The notes: a model not told the origin generated them from the sequence alone. DNA of 20,000 nucleotides from an uncultured virus (IMG/VR IMGVR_UViG_3300025936_000004) (IMGVR_UViG_3300025936_000004); one strand, 5' to 3'; numbered from the stretch's first letter, positions 8,948-16,917 are shown. Translations and numbers: made by a program.

Positions 8948-9498
8948 CGATCCTCGGCCTTCTGCTCGTGGCTTGCGGACCATCTCCGGAACCATCCGCA
9001 TCGTCCCCTTTGGGCGGTCGAGATGTAGCGGTAAGCATCGTGGACTGCGTATCGCCCCAGCGAGAGTGGATCGCCGAAGAGATTCGGTACTTCGGCTGGC
9101 ACGTCTCCGAAACGGGCGAAGTTGATGTGCAGTGCGCCGATCTCGAAGCTGGTGCAGCAGGTGAGTACAGACTCGGCGAGAGTCGAGTACGGGTGAACAC
9201 AAGCAGCCTTACCGATTCCTTTTCGGGCCGCTCGATACCGGGTCATGAGCTGATTCATCTTCGGATCTACCGTGGCCCGCACCCGGAGATGGCAACGTGG
9301 CACGTATGTGATGTTGCATACGGCATGGCCTACCCGCCCGGCTGCGCTCCCGGGATCAGCGCCAAACGCGCCCTGATGTCACCGAGCGGTCCGCATGACT
9401 GGGATGGCGACCAGGAAGCGTTTTCATTGTCCACGGTACCAGAGTATCGCGTGACCGACGCAGACCGACAGCTGATCGACCGAGCGCTACGACCATGA
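8932..9498 (+). CDS. Putative lipoprotein zinc metallopeptidase (metzincin-like)
   Basis: Start reassigned to the ATG at 8932 (GAGG upstream). Lipobox in MRTLLAILGLLLVAC, HELIH motif, and a Met-turn-like ALMSP downstream. Confidence 0.7.
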   Translation: MRTLLAILGLLLVACGPSPEPSASSPLGGRDVAVSIVDCVSPQREWIAEEIRYFGWHVSETGEVDVQCADLEAGAAGEYRLGESRVRVNTSSLTDSFSGRSIPGHELIHLRIYRGPHPEMATWHVCDVAYGMAYPPGCAPGISAKRALMSPSGPHDWDGDQEAFSLSTVPEYRVTDADRQLIDRALRP

Positions 9499-9935
9499 CC
9501 TTCTCGCAGTTCATTGCCCTGCTCACGGCAATCGGCGGTGTGGCGCTGGCGGTCATTCCGATCGTGCGGCCCTACGTCAAAGATGCACGCTACGCAAAAG
9601 CTCTAGAAGCCCTCGAGAAGCTCGCGGATGTTGCGGTAGGCAGTCGTGTGCAGCGAGTTCAGGACCTCAAGGATCCTGCCAAGCCAGGTTACTGGTCCGC
9701 CGCTGCCGCGCTGTCGACCAAGCAATCTGCGATGGATGACGTCGTGGTGCAAGGGCAGCGAGCAATCGACACGCTCCGAGCGCTTGGCATCGAGCGCCCC
9801 GAATATCTGATTGCGCAGATGATCGAGCGCGAAGTCTCGACCTGGAAGGCCACGCAGACACCGGCAACTGCGGCCGTGGCCGTTGTGCAACCCAAACCCG
9901 CGTCCGTCATCGAGACAGAAGGGAGTGAACCGTGA
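9495..9935 (+). CDS. Holin-like membrane protein (LL-H-type architecture)
   Basis: One N-terminal TM helix followed by a helical domain (LADVAV...KQSAM...LIAQMIEREV). ATGA-coupled. Confidence 0.55.
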   Translation: MTFSQFIALLTAIGGVALAVIPIVRPYVKDARYAKALEALEKLADVAVGSRVQRVQDLKDPAKPGYWSAAAALSTKQSAMDDVVVQGQRAIDTLRALGIERPEYLIAQMIEREVSTWKATQTPATAAVAVVQPKPASVIETEGSEP

Positions 9936-10120
9936 CGTTACTTCACGTGATCCTCGTGCTCATTGTGATCGGCGTGCTTCTGTGGCTGGTCAATTCCATC
10001 ATCCCGATGGATGCCAAGATCCGGCAGATTCTCAACGCGGTCGTGATTATTGCGGTGGTGCTCTGGCTGCTCGCGATCTTTATCCCGGGCCTGGGTCTGT
10101 CAGAGATTCGGGTGAGATAA
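9932..10120 (+). CDS. Small two-TM membrane protein (Thivi_2564-like)
   Basis: LIVIGVLLWLVNSIIPMDAKIRQILNAVVIIAVVLWLL matches the pattern I recall for this family. RBS GGGAG, GTGA coupling. Confidence 0.75.
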   Translation: MTLLHVILVLIVIGVLLWLVNSIIPMDAKIRQILNAVVIIAVVLWLLAIFIPGLGLSEIRVR

Positions 10121-10124
10121 AGCG

Positions 10125-10409
10125 ATGCTGCTCAAACTCGCTTTGATCGCACTGGTGCCGCTGTTTACGGCGTGTCCATCCCTTCCACCCCCGGACAACT
10201 GCCCGCCACGCGCGCAACGCTGTTCCCCTGCGGGCGCTCCGCAGGTTTGCGGTGTCTCCGCGCCGACAAGCTGGGTGGATATGAATCGTCCATGCCGAGA
10301 GATCTCGGCCGTCTGCTGCGAAGTACCGTCCGTCTATGACCCTAGCCGCAAGATCTTTGCGTGTGTCCCGATGGACCGATGCCTTGCCCGAGACGGAGGT
10401 TTGCCATGA
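10125..10409 (+). CDS. Cys/Pro-rich lipoprotein (possible o-spanin-like)
   Basis: Lipobox in MLLKLALIALVPLFTAC, eight more Cys, Pro-rich, located in the lysis block. Confidence 0.6.
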   Translation: MLLKLALIALVPLFTACPSLPPPDNCPPRAQRCSPAGAPQVCGVSAPTSWVDMNRPCREISAVCCEVPSVYDPSRKIFACVPMDRCLARDGGLP

Positions 10410-10981
10410 CGCGACTTGCGACCGAGAGCGAAGCGCAGGCATTCACGGATCTAATGGCCGAGCACTTCGGTGCGCGGATTGTAGACCGTGACGATGCATG
10501 GGAGTTCCAGGTTTTTCAGGGAGCGCTCAAGGCTGCGGGGATCCCCGATCTGACCCAACTGCTCGACGGTCGGAGTTTCACGGCAGGTAGCTGGATCTAT
10601 CTGACGCCGGGCCTGCCGCCCAACCGCAAGATTAGAACCGTCTGCCACGAGCTTGTGCACGCGCGCCAGTGGTCGAAAGACAAGCTGAAGTTTGCCTACT
10701 TCTATGCGACCTCGGGCCACAAGCGCGTAGGGTACGAAGTGCCTGGGTTCTATGCGGCCGCTGAGATTGAATACGCGATGACAGGGAGACTGCCCTCGCT
10801 GGATGATCTCGCAGGCCAGCTAAATCACGGCTATGCGCTGGGGGCGGCAGATCTGTTGCTTGCACGGGACATGCTCGAAAGCGCTGCAACGTCCATCAGT
10901 AGCGGGATCGTGAGTAGCGAGGAAGCGCGATACGGGATCGAATTGCTACACCAGCACTTCCCTGAACTGCTCGCCACGTGA
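10406..10981 (+). CDS. HEXXH zinc metallopeptidase-like protein
   Basis: Start reassigned to the ATG at 10406 (GGAGGT RBS, ATGA overlap). SFTAGSWIYL...CHELVHARQW...GYEVPGF gives a gluzincin-like HEXXH...E pattern. Confidence 0.75.
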   Translation: MTRLATESEAQAFTDLMAEHFGARIVDRDDAWEFQVFQGALKAAGIPDLTQLLDGRSFTAGSWIYLTPGLPPNRKIRTVCHELVHARQWSKDKLKFAYFYATSGHKRVGYEVPGFYAAAEIEYAMTGRLPSLDDLAGQLNHGYALGAADLLLARDMLESAATSISSGIVSSEEARYGIELLHQHFPELLAT

Positions 10982-11409
10982 TCTACGTAGCTTTGGCGGA
11001 CGCGACGCACCTGGATCGCCTTGTTGACTATGGAGCGCTTGGGATCTTTCTGCTGGTTGCCCTGTACGCCATCAAGACGCTGTACGGTCGAGATGACAAG
11101 CGTCAGGAAGCCAGAGAGAAGCAACTTCAGGACAGCTTACAACTCTACCAAGGGGCCCTGAAGGAACTCAAAGAGCTGCAGGATCTTCGCGTTCGAGAGG
11201 CCAATGAATACGCGAACAAGACGCTTGAGGCCGCCAAGGAAAACCTGCGCGTCGTTCATCAGAACGAGACCACGGCCAGTCAGGTCACGGAGTGGATGGA
11301 GCGGCTGGAGGGACGCTTCGAGAAGTACCACCAAGACATGATGGTCTTGGTGCAAGCGCTACACTCGACAGGTGGCAGACCGCAACAAAACCATCCTGCT
11401 GGTGAATGA
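10978..11409 (+). CDS. Single-TM coiled-coil membrane protein (holin- or i-spanin-like)
   Basis: TM segment YGALGIFLLVALYAI followed by a long charged coiled coil. GTGA coupling. Confidence 0.65.
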   Translation: MIYVALADATHLDRLVDYGALGIFLLVALYAIKTLYGRDDKRQEAREKQLQDSLQLYQGALKELKELQDLRVREANEYANKTLEAAKENLRVVHQNETTASQVTEWMERLEGRFEKYHQDMMVLVQALHSTGGRPQQNHPAGE

Positions 11410-11749
11410 CAACCCGCGCTGGCTCAGAGTTTTGAGAGAGATGCTGACCAGCATGGGCTTTACGGTCATCCCGGCTCACGACGGCATGGAGGCCTTCAGG
11501 CTTGCTCGTGGATATCTTCCGGATGTCGTGGTGAGTGACATTTGGATGGATGTGCTGAACGGCTTTGAGCTGTGCAAGTGCATTCGTGCGACCGAGATCA
11601 CGTCCAAAATCCCGGTGATTCTCTTTTCAAACTTGGACATGTCAAAGGAACGGCTTGAACAAGCCAAGGCCGCGGGTGCCGATGCTTGTCTGCCGGGATC
11701 ACCAGACTTGTCCGCCTTGCTAAGGAAGATTCGGGAGCTATCACCATGA
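11372..11749 (+). CDS. Stand-alone response-regulator receiver domain (CheY-like), atypical
   Basis: TILLVNDN, AHDGMEA, PDVVVSDIWM..LNGFELC, IPVILFS and AGADACL motifs. The phospho-acceptor Asp is present; the conserved Lys is absent. Confidence 0.9.
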   Translation: MADRNKTILLVNDNPRWLRVLREMLTSMGFTVIPAHDGMEAFRLARGYLPDVVVSDIWMDVLNGFELCKCIRATEITSKIPVILFSNLDMSKERLEQAKAAGADACLPGSPDLSALLRKIRELSP

Positions 11750-14016
11750 TACCGAAGATCGTCGAGATTCACGCTGCAGCGCCTTCCGTTCTCGTCGCGG
11801 TCGCCGAGAGTAGCCAGGACGAAAGCGGGATTGGGACAGCTCCCGACACGCTCGACCTTGACCCTGCCCATTGGCAGGTGAACGGACAGCCGCCCGTTGC
11901 GATTCATCGCGACTCGATGCCGTGGGATGAGGGCAAGGCGAAGACCGCAACGCAGCCCAACACGTATCCTGTGACGGTACGCCATCGCATCTACTTGCAT
12001 TTGGCGGCGCTTCTGCAGGACGGCACAACCTATGCGGTAACGGGCCCCTACGGCAGCCAAAGCATCGTGTTCGGCAGTCGTACAACGCCTTGCGAATCAA
12101 TCAAGGTCAACCAAGTCGGTTACTCGGATCGAGCAACGTCCCGTTGGGCCGTGTTCGGTGTATACCTCGGCAACGGCGGTTCACTTCGTTTCAGCCCGTT
12201 CCCGGGCTATCAAGTCATCGATGAGAAGACTGGCAACGTAGTCTTTTCGGGCACCGTCGCCCGGGAGTTCGATGACACCGCGGTGAGCGCCACGGCCCCG
12301 ACGTCGGGTGAGTGGGTGTATCGCCTGCCTTTGGATACGGTGCCTGCCGGTGGCCCGTACTTTGTCTCGGTGCCAGGGTGCGGCCGATCGCGATCATTCG
12401 GGATTGGCCAGGAGTACACCCGAAAGGCTGCCTACGTCGCAACGCGGGGGCTCTATCACCAGCGCTGCGGTATTGCCCTGGAAAGTCCGTATACGGAATT
12501 CACGCGCGGGATCTGTCACGCGAAGATTGCTGACACGCGTGCACAGTATCCTGGCAACGGGTTTATCAACGTTCCTTCGGGCGCGGCAATGGCGCCGATT
12601 CGGGGCGGCTACCACGACGCAGGCGACTTCCAACGCCGGCCTACGCATACGCTCATCCCGCTGCTCATGCTGAGCACCTACGAAGCGTGGCCGTCACACT
12701 TCATTGACCGGCAGTACAACCTCCCGGAATCCGGAAACGGCATTCCTGACTTTCTCGACGAGGCCCTATGGGGCCTTTTGCTTTGGGAAAACTTACAGAT
12801 CACCACGGCGGGAGATCCGCTGCAAGGTGGCGTGCGAGCCGGCACGCAGCGCGACGCAGAGCCCACCTACGGAGTCCATAGTGCTGCGAGCGATCCGGGC
12901 ATGTATGGCACGTGGGCCCCGCTCGAGGAGACTACCGCGTTTGCCTGCGGGATGTTCGCGCAAGCTTCGCGCTTGGTTCGCCCGTTTGACTCGGCCCATG
13001 CCGACGCGCTGCTCAATCGTGCGCGGATGGCATGGGCGTATCTTCAGCGAACCACGAACGTCAACCAGGCTGCCACGCGGTTTCTGTACCCCGCGCTACA
13101 GCTCTATCTAGCCACAGGGGAACAGCCGTTTCACGATCTGTTCAAGGCAGCTGCGCAAGCCGTCGTGGTGGTGGGCGCTTGGCCCGAGCAATACCTCCCG
13201 GGCAATACAGCAGCCAACTGCCTCACCGTTCACTTCGTGAGCTACCTGCTGCCCACCGATCGTGCGGTGGATGCCACGCTGGCCACGGCGCTGAAGAGCA
13301 AGATCCTGCAGGGCGCTGCGAGCGGTGGCTACATGAATGTGGACACCGAGAACAGCCCCTACAGCCAAGGGGTCAACAAGTTCTATTCATGGGGCGCGAT
13401 GACGGCCCAGGGGCGATACGCGGAAGTCTGTGCCTTTGCCACGCTCTTCGAGACGGACGCGACCAAGCGTCAAAAGTATACCAACACCGTCTCGCAGCTT
13501 GCAGACTACGCTCTCGGTCTCAATCCGCTTGGCAGGTCATTCTACACGGGCCTGGGAACCGATTCGCCCAACAGCCCAGGACACTGCGACTCGTACTTTA
13601 CCAAGTACGGCCTTTCTGATGGTGTGACCAGTGATCACGTCGGCAAGCCCATTGGCAACGCGCCCGGTATCCTTGTCTTCGGTCCGACTGCAGGGGCTAG
13701 TGGCCAGTCCTACCAGACGGCTGTATCCAAAAAGCTTTCCCCCGACTGGGACGCTCTGCCGATTCAACGGCGTTACGGTGACGGCTGGTCACTGCTGAAC
13801 TCCAACGAGTTCAGCACGTGGGAGACGATCGCATGGAACGTGATGATGCTCGGCTTCCTTCATGACGCGAGCAAAGATCCCGCGTCCATGACTCCGCCGC
13901 CCACGCCCGCGCCACAGCCCGGCACCGGGGTTCAGCTCACGGCAGCCCAGACCGACGCGCTCAAACGCATCATTGCGGATCTAGAGATCCTCAAAAGCGC
14001 GATCCCGGCTGGATAA
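11746..14016 (+). CDS. Glycoside hydrolase family 9 (cellulase-like) with an N-terminal Ig-like domain
   Basis: Start taken as the ATG at 11746 (ATGA overlap). Motifs IKVNQVGY, YHQRCG, GGYHDAGDF (DAGD at 12616-12627), PESGNGIPDFLDEALW, LGLNPLGRSFYTGLG..SP..PGH and RRYGD....NSNEF (Glu at 13807-13809). Confidence 0.92.
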   Translation: MIPKIVEIHAAAPSVLVAVAESSQDESGIGTAPDTLDLDPAHWQVNGQPPVAIHRDSMPWDEGKAKTATQPNTYPVTVRHRIYLHLAALLQDGTTYAVTGPYGSQSIVFGSRTTPCESIKVNQVGYSDRATSRWAVFGVYLGNGGSLRFSPFPGYQVIDEKTGNVVFSGTVAREFDDTAVSATAPTSGEWVYRLPLDTVPAGGPYFVSVPGCGRSRSFGIGQEYTRKAAYVATRGLYHQRCGIALESPYTEFTRGICHAKIADTRAQYPGNGFINVPSGAAMAPIRGGYHDAGDFQRRPTHTLIPLLMLSTYEAWPSHFIDRQYNLPESGNGIPDFLDEALWGLLLWENLQITTAGDPLQGGVRAGTQRDAEPTYGVHSAASDPGMYGTWAPLEETTAFACGMFAQASRLVRPFDSAHADALLNRARMAWAYLQRTTNVNQAATRFLYPALQLYLATGEQPFHDLFKAAAQAVVVVGAWPEQYLPGNTAANCLTVHFVSYLLPTDRAVDATLATALKSKILQGAASGGYMNVDTENSPYSQGVNKFYSWGAMTAQGRYAEVCAFATLFETDATKRQKYTNTVSQLADYALGLNPLGRSFYTGLGTDSPNSPGHCDSYFTKYGLSDGVTSDHVGKPIGNAPGILVFGPTAGASGQSYQTAVSKKLSPDWDALPIQRRYGDGWSLLNSNEFSTWETIAWNVMMLGFLHDASKDPASMTPPPTPAPQPGTGVQLTAAQTDALKRIIADLEILKSAIPAG

Positions 14017-14066
14017 GATGTAACCCAACGATCTTCCACCACATTCGTGGTCGAAAAAGGGGAACC

Positions 14067-14104
14067 AAAGGGGGCACGCGTCGCAAGGCCATGTCCCCTT
14101 TTTC
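14067..14104 (+). terminator. Hairpin with a short U-tract after the GH9 gene
   Basis: AAAGGGGGCA...TGTCCCCTTTTT stem. Confidence 0.5.
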
Positions 14105-14119
14105 ACATACGAGCACTGA

Positions 14120-15106
14120 ATGCATCCTGTCGATGTAGCGCCTTCGTCTGAACTGAAGACCTTCTTCAGTCGTCCTGATCGCATCCATGACAAGCTGTTT
14201 GTCATAACCCCGATCTTCAATGCCATGCGCTCCAGGAAGCTCTGGTCGCTCTACCAGGACTTTCGCAAGCGTGTATATGAAGCGGGCGCCACGCTCATTA
14301 CAGTCGAGTGTGCGTTTGGAGATCGTGACTTCGCCGTTACTCAGGCCGATGACCCATTCGATATCCAAGTCCGGACACGCCATATCCTCTGGCTGAAAGA
14401 AAACCTCATCCGTATCGGTGTTTCTCGGCTACCGCTTGGATGGGGTTATGTGGCCTGGTGCGATGCTGACATGATGCTCGCTCGGGATGACTGGGCCAAC
14501 GAAGTCATTCACCAGCTGCAGGACTACCCAATTCTACAGATCTATTCGCAGTTTCAGGACCTCAACGCAGACTGCGAGGTCAATGGTCCGCTGCATCGAA
14601 GTTTCATGAGCTGTCATCTCAATGGCGGGGCGTCGCCGCACGGCGTCTATCCCTATGGCTACGGCCCGCATGGCACGCCCGGCCTCGCGTGGGCTTGCAC
14701 CCGAGAGGCCTGGGATGCTCTTGGTGGCATTCCCGATACGGGGATTCTGGGTTCGGGTGACTACTACCTTGCGAATGCCCTGGTGGGCACGCTGGACAAG
14801 GTTCTACGCAAGGATTTTCACCCGCGCTACCGAGAGTCCGTGCTGGTCTACCAAGACCGTGCCGAGCGGTACATTCGCCGCAACGTGGGTCTGATGAAAG
14901 GCCTCGCGCTACACTACTTCCACGGCGCCAAGACCAAGCGTGGCTACGGCGTGCGTGACGAGATCCTGGTGCGCAACCAGTACCGGCCCGATCTAGATCT
15001 CAAAGTGGATGCACAGGGTGTTTGGCAGCTCACCGATCGATCCCATCGGCTCAAGAACGAGATTCGGGAGTACTTCCGCAGTCGATGCGAGGCGGATGGA
15101 TGGTAG
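14120..15106 (+). CDS. Glycosyltransferase-like protein (GT-A fold, DxD motif)
   Basis: LFVITPIFN first strand, LWLKENLI, YVAWCDAD (DxD), GLAWA, GSGD and HYFHG motifs. Confidence 0.65.
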   Translation: MHPVDVAPSSELKTFFSRPDRIHDKLFVITPIFNAMRSRKLWSLYQDFRKRVYEAGATLITVECAFGDRDFAVTQADDPFDIQVRTRHILWLKENLIRIGVSRLPLGWGYVAWCDADMMLARDDWANEVIHQLQDYPILQIYSQFQDLNADCEVNGPLHRSFMSCHLNGGASPHGVYPYGYGPHGTPGLAWACTREAWDALGGIPDTGILGSGDYYLANALVGTLDKVLRKDFHPRYRESVLVYQDRAERYIRRNVGLMKGLALHYFHGAKTKRGYGVRDEILVRNQYRPDLDLKVDAQGVWQLTDRSHRLKNEIREYFRSRCEADGW

Positions 15107-15123
15107 AATTAGTGATCGCTTGA

Positions 15124-15190
15124 AACAAGAAACCCCCGCGCTGCGGTAACAGCCGGGGGCGTGATCAGCGCACTAGGAGGTGCGATGATG
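15124..15190. promoter_or_regulatory. Two hairpins upstream of the HNH gene; the second sequesters its RBS and start codon
   Basis: CCCCCG(C)GCTG-cggtaa-CAGCCGGGGG reads as a U-tailed terminator on the minus strand. ATCAGCGCAC-taggag-GTGCGATGAT pairs at 9 of 10 positions. Confidence 0.6.
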
Positions 15191-15922
15191 CCAAGAAAGA
15201 AACACGTCCTCCCCAAGAGGGCAAAGGATCTCACCGGACAGAAATTCGGGAGATGGACCGTTCTCGGTTGGTTCGGCAAGAGGCAGCCGTCGAGCGGTTC
15301 GCTAATTTGGCGGTGCCGATGTGATTGCGGCACAGAGCTAGATGTTGTTGGCGCCAGTCTAAGAAACTCAATCAGCGAATCCTGCGGTTGCCTGCGTAGC
15401 GAACTCATCTCACAGAGATTCAGAAAGCATGGACAAGCCAAGATTCACGGAGCGAAAGCTCCCACGATCGAATACACGGCCTGGGCCGCAATGATTGATC
15501 GATGCGAGACCAAAAGCAATCGCGCCTATCGTCGTTATGGCGGTCGCGGCATTCGGGTCTGCGGGCGATGGCGAAAGGACTTTGAGGCATTTTTTACGGA
15601 CATGGGCCTTCGTCCGTCCGACGAACACTCTCTCGACCGCAGGAACAATGAAGGTCACTACAGCTGTGGCAAGTGTGATGAATGCACAACGAACGGCTGG
15701 GATGCCAACTGTCGATGGGCAACCGAGATCGAGCAGGCAAGAAACAGGTCTTCTCGTAGGACGCTAACTCATCAAGGGCAAACGCTCTGTCTGAGTGAGT
15801 GGGCCGAGAAAACGGGCATTAGCAAGACCACGATTCGCGAACGAATCCGAATGGGATGGTCTGTCGATCGATCTCTCGCGACGCCGGTTAGAACCTATCC
15901 CAGAACCGGAACCGATGAATAA
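15185..15922 (+). CDS. Free-standing phage HNH homing-type endonuclease
   Basis: RBS AGGAGG before the ATG at 15185. Motifs DLTGQKFGRWTV, WRCRCDCG, SCGC, YGGRGIRVCGRW, DMGLRP..HSLDR.NN.G and NCRWAT..EQARN, plus a C-terminal HTH-like LSEWAEKTGIS..TIRERI..GW. Confidence 0.88.
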   Translation: MMPRKKHVLPKRAKDLTGQKFGRWTVLGWFGKRQPSSGSLIWRCRCDCGTELDVVGASLRNSISESCGCLRSELISQRFRKHGQAKIHGAKAPTIEYTAWAAMIDRCETKSNRAYRRYGGRGIRVCGRWRKDFEAFFTDMGLRPSDEHSLDRRNNEGHYSCGKCDECTTNGWDANCRWATEIEQARNRSSRRTLTHQGQTLCLSEWAEKTGISKTTIRERIRMGWSVDRSLATPVRTYPRTGTDE

Positions 15923-15986
15923 AGCTTCGATTCAGGCCAATATCCGGCGCTACTTCCGCGCGCGTCGGGAAGATGATCCGGCGTGA
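15915..15986 (+). pseudogene. Orphan duplicate of the 3' end of the glycosyltransferase-like gene
   Basis: NKASIQANIRRYFRARREDDPA* aligns with RSHRLKNEIREYFRSRCEADGW*. TACTTCCGC is shared at 15071 and 15951. Confidence 0.65.
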
Positions 15987-16060
15987 CGCTTGTTCAGGGA
16001 AACAGCCCGATCCTTTAATACAGTTCCCGCCCACGGCATTCTATTCAAGCGAGTCGAAAC

Positions 16061-16834
16061 ATGGACAAGTTTGATAGCCCGCTTGCGCCCATCCCATCGT
16101 GGCTTGACCCGGTCGCCGAGATCCACGAACCGCCGACGATTCATCTCGAGCCCTACCCGTTTGCGCTCTTCTGTGTCGACGGCTTGGTTGCAGCAGGCGC
16201 GCCACTGCTGCGAGCGTTCGAGGTCGCGGCGCACTTTATGACCGAGACCGGTCGCGGCAAGGCATTTCGCGCAAACAATCTCGGTGGCGTGAAAGCCACA
16301 CCGGGCTGGGCCGTGGCGTATCGCATGCGAACGGGCCGATCGGCGCCGTTCTATCGTGCCCATGGCAACAAGGGCACCGGCGATGCTCAGACCGTGATCT
16401 ATCGAGGCTACCAGAGCCCTGCGGACTTCTTTGGCGAGTGGCTCTCGCAGTTCGTTCCGAAGCCCAAGCCCAGCGCATCGTCTCGCGAGGGCGAGGTGGT
16501 CCACGTCGCAGACTATCGCCTTGCCGGCGAGCGATTCTGGCTAGGGCGCAACTGGTTCGCGGCCCTGCTTGCAGCTCACTACCGCGGTGACGTAACCGCT
16601 GCGCATCCGGACCAAGCGATCGCTGACAACGCGTCCATTGCGCGAGATGTTCGCGAAGCGTGGGCACAGCGGGCGCTCAAGGTCCCTGTGGATGCGGCAT
16701 GGGGCAAGATCAGCAAAACCGCCTGCGCAGCGTATCAGTCGCTTCATGGGCTCGCGGTGACTGGATACCCGGATGACGTGACGATCGAGACGCTCGCTCG
16801 CAGGGTAGACGCCCCGCCCGCTCCTATGCCATAA
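16061..16834 (+). CDS. Endolysin: glucosaminidase (GH73-like) domain plus C-terminal peptidoglycan-binding domain
   Basis: ETGRG...NNLGGVKA and YRGYQS catalytic-domain pattern; QRALKVPVDAAWG..SKTA..AYQSLHGLAVTGYPD..T PG-binding motif. Confidence 0.82.
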   Translation: MDKFDSPLAPIPSWLDPVAEIHEPPTIHLEPYPFALFCVDGLVAAGAPLLRAFEVAAHFMTETGRGKAFRANNLGGVKATPGWAVAYRMRTGRSAPFYRAHGNKGTGDAQTVIYRGYQSPADFFGEWLSQFVPKPKPSASSREGEVVHVADYRLAGERFWLGRNWFAALLAAHYRGDVTAAHPDQAIADNASIARDVREAWAQRALKVPVDAAWGKISKTACAAYQSLHGLAVTGYPDDVTIETLARRVDAPPAPMP

Positions 16835-16872
16835 GCGCACCGACACGACGGTTCCGGCAGAGATATCCTTGG

Positions 16873-16913
16873 AAGACGGCCCGGTCCTTACGGACTGGGC
16901 CGTTTTGCTTTTT
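16873..16913 (+). terminator. Intrinsic terminator of the late/lysis operon
   Basis: AAGACGGCCCGGTCC-ttac-GGACTGGGCCGTTTT followed by GCTTTTT. Confidence 0.8.
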
Positions 16914-16917
16914 GCGC

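Noticed and set aside
15107..15986. Group I intron containing the HNH gene
   Set aside because: The GT-like gene is already complete with its own stop, the non-coding flanks are too short for a ribozyme core, and I see no P7-type elements.
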